The notes: generated by a model not told the origin, from the letters alone. A stretch of DNA of 64,000 nucleotides from Deltaproteobacteria bacterium (GCA_019313825.1 JAFDAM010000002.1:265-64264); one strand, 5' to 3'; shown: positions 27,854 to 37,937, numbered from the stretch's first letter. Made by a program: numbers and translations.

Positions 27854-28462
27854 ATGAATAATATGGAGACAAGGAGATGCGTATTTGTCGGCGTGGGCGG
27901 TCAGGGGAATCTATTGGCGTCAAGGCTCCTGGGTGAGGCCGCATTATCCATGGGGATCCCGGCGGTGGTCAGCGAGATTCACGGGATGGCCCAGAGGGGT
28001 GGTGTGGTGGAATCATATGTTATGATGAGGGGTGTGACCAGCCCTATCGTTTCGGACGGAGAGGCCGATATCCTGATAGGATTTGAGCCCCTGGAGACCT
28101 TGAGAACCCTGGCAAAATGCAACAGGAAGACCGTGGTAATCACCAACACCCATCCTCTTCCTCCTTTTACCGTCTCTGTGGGCCAGGGTAAATATCCTCC
28201 CGTGGATGAGGTCCTGGACCTGATCCGCGCCAGGATTGACCATATGATCGCACTGAACGGAACCAGGCTGGCAGAAGAGGCGGGCAACCCGCTCTCCCTT
28301 AATATGGTAATGCTTGGGGCGTTGGCAGGTTCAGGGGCAACTTCTATAACAGGGGAATGCATGAAAGAGACAATCGCCGGTTCCACAAAAAAGGCATTCC
28401 TGGAATCCAACCTGAAGGCCTTTGATCTCGGCATGGAAGAGGCGAAAAGATTGACAGGTTGA
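27854..28462 (+). CDS. iorB: Indolepyruvate:ferredoxin oxidoreductase beta subunit
   Basis: 202 aa. VGVGGQGNLLASRLLGEAA. Adjacent to iorA. Confidence 0.85.
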   Translation: MNNMETRRCVFVGVGGQGNLLASRLLGEAALSMGIPAVVSEIHGMAQRGGVVESYVMMRGVTSPIVSDGEADILIGFEPLETLRTLAKCNRKTVVITNTHPLPPFTVSVGQGKYPPVDEVLDLIRARIDHMIALNGTRLAEEAGNPLSLNMVMLGALAGSGATSITGECMKETIAGSTKKAFLESNLKAFDLGMEEAKRLTG

Positions 28463-28627
28463 GGATCAGGCTGATTTCAGACATTGAGATCTTTTGGATA
28501 CGGATTTATAGCCCTGAACATCGATCACTGCCGGTAACTGATCAGGCCCATGGGATAATATCCAGAGGATGGAAAACCATTACAAGATCAACAAGGCATT
28601 CTGTCGGCAGCAGGAGGGGTACAGCGA

Positions 28628-29797
28628 TTGGACAGCCGGAAAAATTTAAATAAGATAAAAGACGAGCTTGATAGGGATGAAGAGAAAAGGCTCTCTCCAT
28701 ACGCATGTTCAAGCCGTCAGGCCGTGCGACGAAAAGAGGAGGATAAAATAGTCAAGGGACACAGGCAGAATTTTTCCCTTGATACGGACAGGATCCTCCA
28801 TTCTCTGGCCTACTCTCGCTATATCGATAAGACACAGGTCTTCTACCTTATAAAAAATGATCATATTACCCATCGGGTGCTTCACGTACAGCTTGTATCA
28901 AAGATATCCCGGACGATCGGGCGTCTTCTCAGACTCAACGAGGACCTGCTTGAGTCCATAGCCCTGGGCCATGATATTGGTCATACCCCGTTTGGCCATG
29001 ATGGTGAGACATCTCTCTCCAGGTTGTCCAGGGAATACGGCCTGGGATATTTCCTTCATAACTTGCAGGGTGTGAGGTTTTTAGAAAAGATAGAAAGAAA
29101 AGGAAAAGGCTGGAATCTTACCCTCCAGGCGCTTGACGGTATCCTGTGTCATGACGGGGAGCTTCACAGCCAGGCCTTGCATCCCCATAAAGACAAGGAT
29201 TTTCATACTCTTCAAAAGGAGATAGAAGAGAAAGAGGATGATCAATCAATCGATATATTTCCCATGACCCTGGAGGGTTGTGTGGTTAGAATGGCGGATA
29301 CCATCAGCTATATCGGCCGGGATATTGAAGACGCCATCAGACTCGGATTTATCAATAGGAGTGATCTGCCCCAAGATTGCAGGCGTATCCTGGGTGAAAC
29401 TAATGGGACCATTGTCTACACCCTGGTGGAGGACCTTATTAAAGACAGCCTGGATAAACCCTATGTGCGCTTTAGTAAAGAGGTGGGGGAGGCCCTTAAA
29501 AGGCTGAAGGAATTTAATTATAAATATATCTATAAGAATGAGTTGATCTGGAAGCAGACACCAAAGATCGAGCTGATGTTTACACTGTTGTTTGAAAGAT
29601 ATTTCAATGACCTGGAGAAAGGGAACGAGACTTCCGATATATACAGGGAGTTCCTGGAGGGTATGTCTTCAGAATATAAGGACAGCACATCTCCTGCCGG
29701 AATTGTGCGTGATTTTATTGCCGGCATGACGGATGATTACTTTCTGGGCCAGTGTCAGAAACAACTCATTCCCCAGATAAAATTGACCCGTTTATAG
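28628..29797 (+). CDS. HD-domain dNTP triphosphohydrolase-like protein (Dgt family)
   Basis: 389 aa. FSLDTDRILHSLAYSRYIDKTQVF, THRVLHVQLVS, GHDIGHTPFGHDGE. TTG start. Confidence 0.82.
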   Translation: MDSRKNLNKIKDELDRDEEKRLSPYACSSRQAVRRKEEDKIVKGHRQNFSLDTDRILHSLAYSRYIDKTQVFYLIKNDHITHRVLHVQLVSKISRTIGRLLRLNEDLLESIALGHDIGHTPFGHDGETSLSRLSREYGLGYFLHNLQGVRFLEKIERKGKGWNLTLQALDGILCHDGELHSQALHPHKDKDFHTLQKEIEEKEDDQSIDIFPMTLEGCVVRMADTISYIGRDIEDAIRLGFINRSDLPQDCRRILGETNGTIVYTLVEDLIKDSLDKPYVRFSKEVGEALKRLKEFNYKYIYKNELIWKQTPKIELMFTLLFERYFNDLEKGNETSDIYREFLEGMSSEYKDSTSPAGIVRDFIAGMTDDYFLGQCQKQLIPQIKLTRL

Positions 29798-30013
29798 TCT
29801 GCTAACCCTCTGGACATTATCAAATATGCCATATAACCTTGGGGAGATCATTGCTTAAGCCCAATTGGCCAAAGACTGACACCGTCAATTATCCCTTTTT
29901 TGTCTGCGTGGACCTGTGGTTTTGTTTGAATATAGGAAACTCCCCCATTAAAGGGGTAGGATTCAGTGGGCGCTGTCCCGCCATGGCGGGATTGAAATCC
30001 GGCGATGCCGATT

Positions 30014-30079
30014 AATAAGGCTTAAGGCTGAAGGAGTGAGCTGTTCCTGTTTTTTGCCGTATACCTTATGCCTTACGCC
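30014..30079. repeat. Empty short-tandem-repeat stem (aaggcttaaggctgaagg / ccttatgccttacgcc)
   Basis: Inverted arms separated by a ~23-nt loop. Same architecture as the arms around the four-helix-bundle gene, but with no ORF. Confidence 0.5.
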
Positions 30080-30263
30080 TGTCGAAGATCCCGGTTTATC
30101 TGGGCGCCCTTTCTATTTAGATATCGCCTTAAAGAGACAGCCATTACCTCCCTATAGTTGATACATCTTTTAGGGTACAAACAAAACCGGGGCCTTCTTT
30201 CCCGCCAAACAGCGGGAAAATCTTCAATAGGCCCGGATTCTTTACAACCGAGGAGGATAGTCA

Positions 30264-31787
30264 ATGGGACTCCGTGACTTTACCGTTTATGACCTTATAA
30301 AGCGTAATGCCGTTACCTTTTGGGACAGACAGGCCTGGTTCGAGGCCGATGACGGCCGGACCCTGACCTTTGCGCAATACAAGGGAGATGTGGATCGCCT
30401 GGCCCGCGGTTTACAGGCTTCAGGCATAAAAAAAGGCGACCGTATTGGGGTCCTGGGAAAGAACAGCCTCGAATATTTCCTCCTTTTCGGCGCTGCCGCC
30501 GCCCTGGGTGCTATTATGCTGCCCATTAACTGGCGGCTCTCTCCAGATGAGGTCTGTTTTAACCTGAATGATTGCGAGCCCAAAATGCTATTTGTTGATG
30601 GAGAGTTCCAGGGATTGATCAGTGATCTGAAAGAGAGACTCCCGTCAATAGAGAGTTATTATAACCTCAGACCTGACCAGGGGAGTTTTATTGAGCTTGA
30701 ATCCCTGATGGATATTCAGGGTGATTTCAATGACGTAGAGGTGAACACCGATGACGGTTTCGTCATTATGCACACAGCGGCCGTGGCGGGAAGGCCAAGG
30801 GGCGCCTTATTAAGCCACGCTAATGTGCTTTGCGCCAATATGCATTTTGGATATCTTTTTCACTTGACCCCTGAAGATGTGCACCTCAACATCCTGCCCC
30901 TTTTTCATGTGGGAGGGCTGTTCCTGGCCCTGACAGGTTTCTATGCCGGGGCGCTAAATGTCAACATGGGCGGTTTTGATGCTGAAAGGGCGGCGGAGCT
31001 TATTGGGGAGAGAAAGGTCTCCCTTATGATCTGTTTTTCTCCGATGCTATCTTCCATCATTGAACAGGGCGAAAAGAGAGGGACGGATATGGGCTCACTG
31101 CGGGCTGTGGCCGGTCTGGAAACCCCGGAGATCATAGAAAAATACCAGGATATGACAGGCGGCACCTTTTACAGCATGTACGGTCAGACAGAGACCTCCT
31201 GCGTGGTCAGCTTCGGTCGTTATAGCGACAGACCGGGATCGGCAGGAAAGCCCATCCCCATGGCTGATGTGCGTCTGGTGGATGATTATGACCGGTCTGT
31301 CCCTTTGGGTCAGGTAGGTGAGATCACCATGAGGGGACCCATGGTCTTTAAAGGTTACTGGAATCTTCCCGAAGAAAATGAATATACCTTCCGGGAAGGG
31401 TGGCACCATACCGGTGATCTTGGTCGTTTTGATGAAGACGGTTTCTTATGGTATGCCGGCCGAAAGCCTGAGAAAGAGCTTATCAAGCCGGGCGGGGAAA
31501 ACGTCTATCCCGCTGAGGTGGAAAAGGTGATACTCCGGCATCCGGCGGTCGAGGTGGCGGTTGTCTTTGGCGTGCCTGACCCCAAGTGGAAAGAGGGGGT
31601 CAAGGCGGTCTGCCGACTGAAGGTTGGACAGGACCTTGAGCCCCGGGAACTGATCGATTTTGTTGGCGAGCGCATAGCAGGCTACAAGAAACCCCATTAC
31701 GTGGAATTTGTCTCAGACCTCCCTCTCCTTGATGACGGCTCTCCGGACAGGGCCAGGATAAAGGAATCATTCGGGGGTGGGCAGTGA
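30264..31787 (+). CDS. AMP-forming acyl-CoA ligase (long-chain/medium-chain type)
   Basis: 507 aa. TGDLGRFDEDGFLWYAGRK, GGENVYPAEVE, GYKKP. RBS gaggagga. Confidence 0.88.
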   Translation: MGLRDFTVYDLIKRNAVTFWDRQAWFEADDGRTLTFAQYKGDVDRLARGLQASGIKKGDRIGVLGKNSLEYFLLFGAAAALGAIMLPINWRLSPDEVCFNLNDCEPKMLFVDGEFQGLISDLKERLPSIESYYNLRPDQGSFIELESLMDIQGDFNDVEVNTDDGFVIMHTAAVAGRPRGALLSHANVLCANMHFGYLFHLTPEDVHLNILPLFHVGGLFLALTGFYAGALNVNMGGFDAERAAELIGERKVSLMICFSPMLSSIIEQGEKRGTDMGSLRAVAGLETPEIIEKYQDMTGGTFYSMYGQTETSCVVSFGRYSDRPGSAGKPIPMADVRLVDDYDRSVPLGQVGEITMRGPMVFKGYWNLPEENEYTFREGWHHTGDLGRFDEDGFLWYAGRKPEKELIKPGGENVYPAEVEKVILRHPAVEVAVVFGVPDPKWKEGVKAVCRLKVGQDLEPRELIDFVGERIAGYKKPHYVEFVSDLPLLDDGSPDRARIKESFGGGQ

Positions 31788-31963
31788 ATCTCCATGCCTA
31801 TCGAAGGTTCCTCTATTTATGTGAGAAAGGACATGGCTTCTTTATCTTGACGAAGCTTCGCCTCACCGGCCCGTATCCCGCCAAAGCGGGAGACTGGCAA
31901 ACCGACGATTGGAGAGGCATTTAACTCTGTTGCTTAGGCGAAGCGATACTGGTTACTGGATAC

Positions 31964-32761
31964 TTGATGCTTGTTGGAGCAAAGCGTAGATTTTGTTCTA
32001 TGAAATCGATTAGTAATATGAAGAATTGCATCTCTCCGGCCATAATCATGAGAATAAAGGAGTTTGGGGAATCAGACCTCCTGGTCTACTTCTTTACCCT
32101 GGATATGGGCCGATTAAAGGGTGTGGCCAAAGGGGCCCGCAGGAGTCGCAGACGTTTCGTCAATTGTCTGGATAACTTCTGTCTTGTGGATCTGGAATAC
32201 GATCTGAAGGGGAAGGGCGATCTCCATTTTATTCATTCAGGCAAGCTCATTGATGCATATCCCGGCCTGAGAACAGACTTCGCGACCCTTTCCAAGGCGA
32301 GTTTCATGATCGAACTTACGGAGATACTGTTTCCCTGGGAATTGCCTGATCGTAAAATGTTCGAGTTATTAAAAGAATCATTTCGTCTATTGGCAAATGG
32401 GGGGGGGGGTGATCTGATTCCCGTCATATTTGAGGTCAAGGCCATGGCTTTGGGAGGGTATGGTATTAACCTTGAAAAATGCTGCACCTGCGGAAGGACA
32501 TACACTGGTGAAGGAACAGCGGTTTTTAAACCGGGGAAGGGTGGTATTGCCTGTCTGAATTGTCAAGAGATAACGGCTGTTTCGACAGGAATGAGTCCGG
32601 GGACGGTTGAGATAATGCGTTTGATACAGTCTAAGGCGCCTGATGTGTTTAATAAACCGGCCATTTCCGATGAAATTATTTCAGAGATCAAACCAGTCAT
32701 GAAGCTGCACAGGGAATACCATCTGGGACAGAGGACAAAGACATCAAGCTATCTGGAGTAG
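31964..32761 (+). CDS. recO: DNA repair protein RecO
   Basis: IMRIKEFGESDLLVYFFTLDMGRLKGVAKGARRSRRRF plus a CxxC...CxxC zinc motif. The true start is likely nt 32000 or 32018. Confidence 0.85.
   Translation: MMLVGAKRRFCSMKSISNMKNCISPAIIMRIKEFGESDLLVYFFTLDMGRLKGVAKGARRSRRRFVNCLDNFCLVDLEYDLKGKGDLHFIHSGKLIDAYPGLRTDFATLSKASFMIELTEILFPWELPDRKMFELLKESFRLLANGGGGDLIPVIFEVKAMALGGYGINLEKCCTCGRTYTGEGTAVFKPGKGGIACLNCQEITAVSTGMSPGTVEIMRLIQSKAPDVFNKPAISDEIISEIKPVMKLHREYHLGQRTKTSSYLE
32399..32409 (+). repeat. G11 homopolymer inside recO
   Basis: aat ggg ggg ggg ggt encodes NGGGG; counted directly. Confidence 0.95.
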
Positions 32762-32788
32762 ATTCTATGAACTGGAATCTGAACAACT

Positions 32789-33469
32789 GTGGAGGAAAAG
32801 ATGAGGATTATTGAGGAAGCAATAAAGGAGGGCCGGACCACGCTTTCTGAGTATGAGTCAAAAAAGGTCCTGGCCGCATATCAGATCCCGGTCACCAGAG
32901 AGATGCTTGTTGATGATATAAAGGATCTTTCCAGGGCTGTTAAAGAGATCGGTTACCCGCTTGTCTTAAAAGGATGCTCTTCGGAGACTACCCACAAGAC
33001 CGAAAAGGGTCTCATTCGTATGGACATCAGGGATGAGAAGGAGGCCGGGACCGCCTTTGAAGGGCTAATGGACAGTATGAAACGAGACGGAGGAACGGTT
33101 CTGGTTCAGGAGATGGTCAGGGGACAGAGGGAATTGGTGATAGGCCTGACCCGTGATGTTCAGTTCGGCCCCTGCGTCATGTTCGGTCTTGGGGGGATAT
33201 TTACAGAGGTCCTGGAGGACATCGCGTTTAGGGTAGCCCCGTTGGAGAGACGGGACGCCCTGGACATGATGAAGGAGATCAAGGGGCGTAGGATCCTGGA
33301 CGCTATTCGCGGCATGGAGGCGGTGGATCTGGATATGCTGGCGGAGATACTTATCAATGTGGGCCGGATAGGACTTGAAAACGAGGCTGTCAAGGAGATT
33401 GATATCAACCCCGTGATCATATCCGGGAACAGGCCCGTGGCTGTGGATGCCCTGGTGGCGCTGGATTAA
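32789..33469 (+). CDS. ATP-grasp domain protein of the ADP-forming acetyl-CoA synthetase family (AcdB-like)
   Basis: LSEYESKKVLAAYQIPV, YPLVLKG, VQEMV, EIDINPV. Likely start at ATG 32801 after ggagga. Confidence 0.75.
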   Translation: MEEKMRIIEEAIKEGRTTLSEYESKKVLAAYQIPVTREMLVDDIKDLSRAVKEIGYPLVLKGCSSETTHKTEKGLIRMDIRDEKEAGTAFEGLMDSMKRDGGTVLVQEMVRGQRELVIGLTRDVQFGPCVMFGLGGIFTEVLEDIAFRVAPLERRDALDMMKEIKGRRILDAIRGMEAVDLDMLAEILINVGRIGLENEAVKEIDINPVIISGNRPVAVDALVALD

Positions 33470-33696
33470 TCCCCGGGAGTATCTATCTCTTCAATCTGTA
33501 AGATCTTCAGGATCTCCGCGGTCAGTTCATCTTTGTCAAATGAGAATGATACTGTTCCGTGGTCAATGTCAAAAGAAAGTAGATTGCAGCTATGCTGTTC
33601 TGCAATTTCTTCCAATAGTTCTCTGAAGCTTTCCGCCACAGGATGTTCAGGACTGTCCACATCCTCTGAAAACATGTCTACTTCTATAATACCCAT
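33466..33696 (-). CDS. Hypothetical small acidic protein
   Basis: 76 aa with no recognisable family. Its stop overlaps the convergent AcdB-like stop. Confidence 0.35.
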   Translation of the reverse strand: MGIIEVDMFSEDVDSPEHPVAESFRELLEEIAEQHSCNLLSFDIDHGTVSFSFDKDELTAEILKILQIEEIDTPGD

Positions 33697-33853
33697 GAAT
33701 CTGACCCTTGCGAGTTGAGTTGCCTCAATGAAATTCTGCTTAAATGAGTATATAATGTTTTATACTGATAAATCAATTTTAATTGTAACCAGAAGACTCC
33801 CGCATTGCGGGGTGCGGAAATAGTAGACCATGCCTGAAAATATCTATTGACCC

Positions 33854-34035
33854 GGCGATGCCTGTCTTTTCAAAGCCATATCTACTATCTTACGAGGAAG
33901 TGGCCAAATATTTAGGCTTTGCGAAGTAAGTCGCAGATTCCAAGGAGTTCAGCGGTATAAAACCCAAATATTTGACCACTGCAAAGGTCAGTGGTATTTC
34001 TAAAAAGATATAGCTTTGAAAAGACAGGCATCGCC
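33854..34035. repeat. 182-bp element bounded by ~30-bp terminal inverted repeats
   Basis: ggcgatgcctgtcttttcaaagc (33854-33876) is the perfect reverse complement of 34013-34035. Pairing extends 7 more bp with 1 mismatch. Confidence 0.85.
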
Positions 34036-34197
34036 TCTGAAAAGAGTTTGATACGGTTCAGCTCCGAATCCAAAGAGACGTTATGCATATTTGGATTGAC
34101 TATCAGAAGCCGAGATGTTAACAGATACCAATAAGAACGTGGCTCAGTAAGGGATTGAGATCTTGAAGATCCTATAGTCTTTATAACGTATCAACAG

Positions 34198-35814
34198 ATG
34201 ATTCAAACAGAAAGGGCAGACATGAAGCATAATAATATCAGGGTATTATCAGTAATCATCATCACCCTTCTCTTTGTATTCGTGAAGGCGCCTGTCTCCA
34301 TTGCGGATGACCCCAAAAAGGTGGCTATCCTTCCCTTTAACATGAATGCCGACCGGGATCTTACCTTCCTTCAGGAGGGGATCATGGATATGATCAGGGT
34401 TAGGCTTTCATGGAAAGGCAAGGTGGAGCTGCTGGAGAAAGGAGTCGTAAAGAGAGAGGCCGGCCGATTCAAGGGCTCCCTAGATAAAGACAAGGGCCTC
34501 ACCATAGGCAAGGCCCTTGGAGCGGACTATGTTATCCTCGGGAGCCTGACCGTGTTTGGTGAGAGTGTCAGCATCGATGCCAGTATCCTGGACGTGAAAA
34601 AATCAGAAGAACTGTTTACCGCCTATAATCAGTCAAAGGGCATGAATGAGGTGATCCCCACCGTCAATCAGTTTGCCCAGGATATCAATGCCAAGATAAT
34701 GGGCAGGTATATAAGACCCCCTGCATACGCTACCGGACCCGGATTCGAGGGAGGCCCGGAATATAAGAGGGGACCAGGTGGTCTTATCAGTGTCGGAGGG
34801 GATGCGCAGGAGCAGAAATTCGATCATGTGCAGACTATTGATGTGGATATCAGGTGTATTGATTCGGGCGATGTGGACGGAGACGGGAAAAACGAACTGG
34901 TGGTCATGGACAAAGACACGGTCTATATATACAGATGGGCGGAAAAAGGTTTTGTATTATTCAAGTCATTTAAAGGGAGATGGTCTCCCGACTATATCTA
35001 TTTCTCCATGGCTGATATGGACGGAAACGGCAGGGATGAGATATACCTAAACAGCCAGTCCAGGAATGATGTCATCTCCTCAGTCCTGGAATACCGCTCC
35101 GGCTCACTTGCGCCTGTAGCAGACGGAGGGAGGCAATTTATCCGGGTCCTGGATCTGCCGGGCAGGGGAAATACTCTTATCGGCCAGAAACGAAGCCCGA
35201 CCGGTTTTGCCCGCTCCGTGTATGTCCTCAAGAGGGAAGGGAATAGCCTTGCCAGAGTTGAGAAACTGAACCTGCCCCCAATGGCCGACATATTCAACTT
35301 TGTACAGGGCCATATTACCGACAGGAACAGCGTCCAGACTCTGGTCCTTCATTCGGAGACCGAATACTTTTTCCTTTTTGATGCGGAAGGCGAGGAGGTA
35401 TGGCGCAGTGAAGAGGAGTTCGGAGGAAGTCTTCTTTTTATGGAATCCATGCCCATGGGTCACAATACCGATGATCCTGACATGATCTACTTTTCTCCTC
35501 CCCTGTTTATGTCCGACCTGGACAATGATGGCAGCAATGAGGTGGTTGTGTGCAAGAACGCATCCGCAGTGGGACGCATCCTCGGCAGGGCCAAGTTTTA
35601 CACCAGCGGCAAGGTCCATCTTCTTTCCTGGGACGGCTCGGATCTGGCGACCAAGTGGGAGACCAAAAAGCTGTCCGGCGGCCCTGTAACCGGATATTTT
35701 ATCAAGGATGTGGATAATGACGGCAGGCCCGAGCTTGTCATATCGTCACTCAAACGTTCAGGCATCATTATACGATCTGAAAAGAGTCAATTATTTGTCA
35801 TGAATCTTGATTAA
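34198..35814 (+). CDS. Secreted FG-GAP/VCBS-repeat protein
   Basis: Signal-like MKHNNIRVLSVIIITLLFVFVKAPVSIA (likely start 34222). Repeated D-x-D-G-D/N-G-x-x-E motifs (DVDGDGKNE, DMDGNGRDE, DLDNDGSNE, DVDNDGRPE). Confidence 0.75.
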   Translation: MIQTERADMKHNNIRVLSVIIITLLFVFVKAPVSIADDPKKVAILPFNMNADRDLTFLQEGIMDMIRVRLSWKGKVELLEKGVVKREAGRFKGSLDKDKGLTIGKALGADYVILGSLTVFGESVSIDASILDVKKSEELFTAYNQSKGMNEVIPTVNQFAQDINAKIMGRYIRPPAYATGPGFEGGPEYKRGPGGLISVGGDAQEQKFDHVQTIDVDIRCIDSGDVDGDGKNELVVMDKDTVYIYRWAEKGFVLFKSFKGRWSPDYIYFSMADMDGNGRDEIYLNSQSRNDVISSVLEYRSGSLAPVADGGRQFIRVLDLPGRGNTLIGQKRSPTGFARSVYVLKREGNSLARVEKLNLPPMADIFNFVQGHITDRNSVQTLVLHSETEYFFLFDAEGEEVWRSEEEFGGSLLFMESMPMGHNTDDPDMIYFSPPLFMSDLDNDGSNEVVVCKNASAVGRILGRAKFYTSGKVHLLSWDGSDLATKWETKKLSGGPVTGYFIKDVDNDGRPELVISSLKRSGIIIRSEKSQLFVMNLD

Positions 35815-35850
35815 AAAGATCATAAAGCTCATATTACAGGTTTATAAATT

Positions 35851-35896
35851 CTTTCACACAAAAGGCCCGGGGTTTCCCGGGCCTTTTGTGTGAAAG
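35851..35896. terminator. Long perfect hairpin, bidirectional terminator candidate
   Basis: ctttcacacaaaaggcccggg-gttt-cccgggccttttgtgtgaaag. Confidence 0.75.
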
Positions 35897-36111
35897 AGGA
35901 CCTCCCTGTCTACAAGGCGGGGCATCAAATAGGAAACCAAAACTAAAAATTTCCTCAAGAAATTTTAGATAACGCGGCTTACGTGCCTCGGGCAGGCTTC
36001 GCCGCTCTAAGCTTCGCTGAAGGTGGCATGCATAGATAGGGGGATTCCGGCTGAGTTGTTTTAAGAGTTCCCGCAAAACGGGACGTTACATGAAATCGAG
36101 CAGCGATTTCA

Positions 36112-36147
36112 TAAAAAAAGCCCCCCCTCCGATCAGGAGAGGAGGCC
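36112..36147 (-). terminator. Rho-independent terminator of the porin gene
   Basis: The minus strand reads ggcctcctctcc-tgatc-ggagggggggc followed by T8. Confidence 0.8.
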
Positions 36148-36188
36148 TTGTGTTTTGTGTTTCGTCTAAGCTTCGAGATTATACGTTT

Positions 36189-37466
36189 TTAGAACATGAT
36201 CCAGAAGCCGGCGCCATAGACCGTAACCTCGCCTAATGGCTCACCGTCAAGCAGCGAGAAACCTGCAGGAATAGCGGTTCCAGCTCCGGTTGCAGCGTTA
36301 AAGTCCAGCGATCCCAGATCAAACTTGCCGTAGTATGGCGTCAGGAAGAAAAAGGGCTGGAGCGTGATGGGGAACTGAATCATCCACATATCCCTGTCGG
36401 CTTTCCAGTCGGCAGCAAGACCGAAACGATCCATTTCGACCTCTTCTTCGCCGTAGATGAACTGAATCGACATCTTTTTGAAAGCTTTGTACTTGGCCTG
36501 TACCCACCAGCCGTCATACTCGGCATCGTAGAACATTCGCCTACCTGTACCTGAGCCATCAAGACCAAACTCGGCAAGCGGTCGGCCCACAACACCAGGT
36601 ACTCCGCCGCCTACATTTGGCCAGGATCCCCACAGGCTGGAATTGCCGAGGTTTTCACCGGTATTGTACTCACCCGAGAAATCGAACGGGCCGAAACTTG
36701 CTTTTACGGGCAGTGAAAAACCCCAGTAACTCAGATCGTTGTCAGCGAGTTGCTGGGTCATTGTATCTGATAAATCGGCCTCATACGCGATTTTGCCGAA
36801 CATATAGGACGGATAGAAGGTGAAAGGACCAAGCTTGCCGGTGACCATGATCTCCCATCTTGGAGAGGTGGTCTCATCATCAGCAGTATTCCAAGAACCT
36901 TGATTTCGGGCAATACCACTGCTGGGGGCAAAGGCGCCTAATGAAACAGTCATGGAGTCGGTGAACTTGACATCCAGCCGGATACCGGGCTCCCTGTCGT
37001 TCCCGACATTACCGTAACCGGCGTTTTCCGATGAACCGGTAAACCCGACCCCGTTGTTCTGGGGCGCTGTCAGCCAGCTGTACATGACCCACTGCTGACC
37101 CACGGTAAGCTTGACCTTGGGATTGATCTGCCACCATGCGTAAGCGAACCTGGTCCGAAGGCCTTCCGTAAGGCCACTCGCAGCACTGTTTTCACCCACC
37201 AGGTTGAATGCGATCTCGCCGCCAAGGGTCTTCTTGCTGTTAATCCAGCTGGCAAAGAGCCTGGTTCCGATGGTAACTGACATGTCAATGTTGGTTTTTT
37301 CATCAGCAAAAGCCCCGCCAGCGTAGTTACGCATGTGATCTTGGTCATAATTCCCATAACCCCAACCGTATGAAACAGCGCCACCTACCCTGACCTTGGC
37401 CATGGCCGGCATGGCGAGCGCCATACAGAAGACGGCAGCCAGAATAATAATACCAAATTTCTTCAT
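36189..37466 (-). CDS. Outer-membrane beta-barrel porin-like protein
   Basis: 425 aa. Signal peptide MKKFGIIILAAVFCMALAMPAMA, alternating aromatic/Gly-rich strands, C-terminal ...GAGFWIMF. Confidence 0.65.
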   Translation of the reverse strand: MKKFGIIILAAVFCMALAMPAMAKVRVGGAVSYGWGYGNYDQDHMRNYAGGAFADEKTNIDMSVTIGTRLFASWINSKKTLGGEIAFNLVGENSAASGLTEGLRTRFAYAWWQINPKVKLTVGQQWVMYSWLTAPQNNGVGFTGSSENAGYGNVGNDREPGIRLDVKFTDSMTVSLGAFAPSSGIARNQGSWNTADDETTSPRWEIMVTGKLGPFTFYPSYMFGKIAYEADLSDTMTQQLADNDLSYWGFSLPVKASFGPFDFSGEYNTGENLGNSSLWGSWPNVGGGVPGVVGRPLAEFGLDGSGTGRRMFYDAEYDGWWVQAKYKAFKKMSIQFIYGEEEVEMDRFGLAADWKADRDMWMIQFPITLQPFFFLTPYYGKFDLGSLDFNAATGAGTAIPAGFSLLDGEPLGEVTVYGAGFWIMF

Positions 37467-37816
37467 AACTCTTTCCTCCTAAAGAAACAGTTAAATGGTT
37501 AATGTTAAAAAAAATGTAAAAAAACCAGATTTGTCTGTAATTTCACCTCCTCTCTCTTCCTGATTTATCCCAAGTGGCGGATCTCCTTTACCCTATGATA
37601 CGGGTCCCCACGTTCTCAGACGACGGACAGCCTGAGGCGCATAACCCCGCCAAACGCGGGCCTCAGTAAGGATCTCCCCGGCTTAGGCAATAATAATCGA
37701 TTCTCCTCCAGCCGATTATGCCTTCTTGGGATACGCGTTCAGTGAGACATATCAATTTTTCTTAGGAATGTCAAGGGGTTTTTCTGTTTTTTCTGTGCTG
37801 TTTTGTTTGTTGGCTT

Positions 37817-37875
37817 GCAGACCAAAATCCTTTGTTCGCATTGATGATGTGGAAAGTTAGATGGTGGATCAGGGG
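37817..37875. repeat. Partial copy of the right end of the ~215-bp repeat
   Basis: gcagaccaaaatcctttgttcgcattgatgatgtggaaagttagatggtggatcagggg matches 47799-47856 and 50296-50354. Confidence 0.8.
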
Positions 37876-37937
37876 CAGAATATCCGTCTTGACAAAAAAC
37901 CTTTTTATGGTACAATTTTTTTATCGTAACTGCTCAG

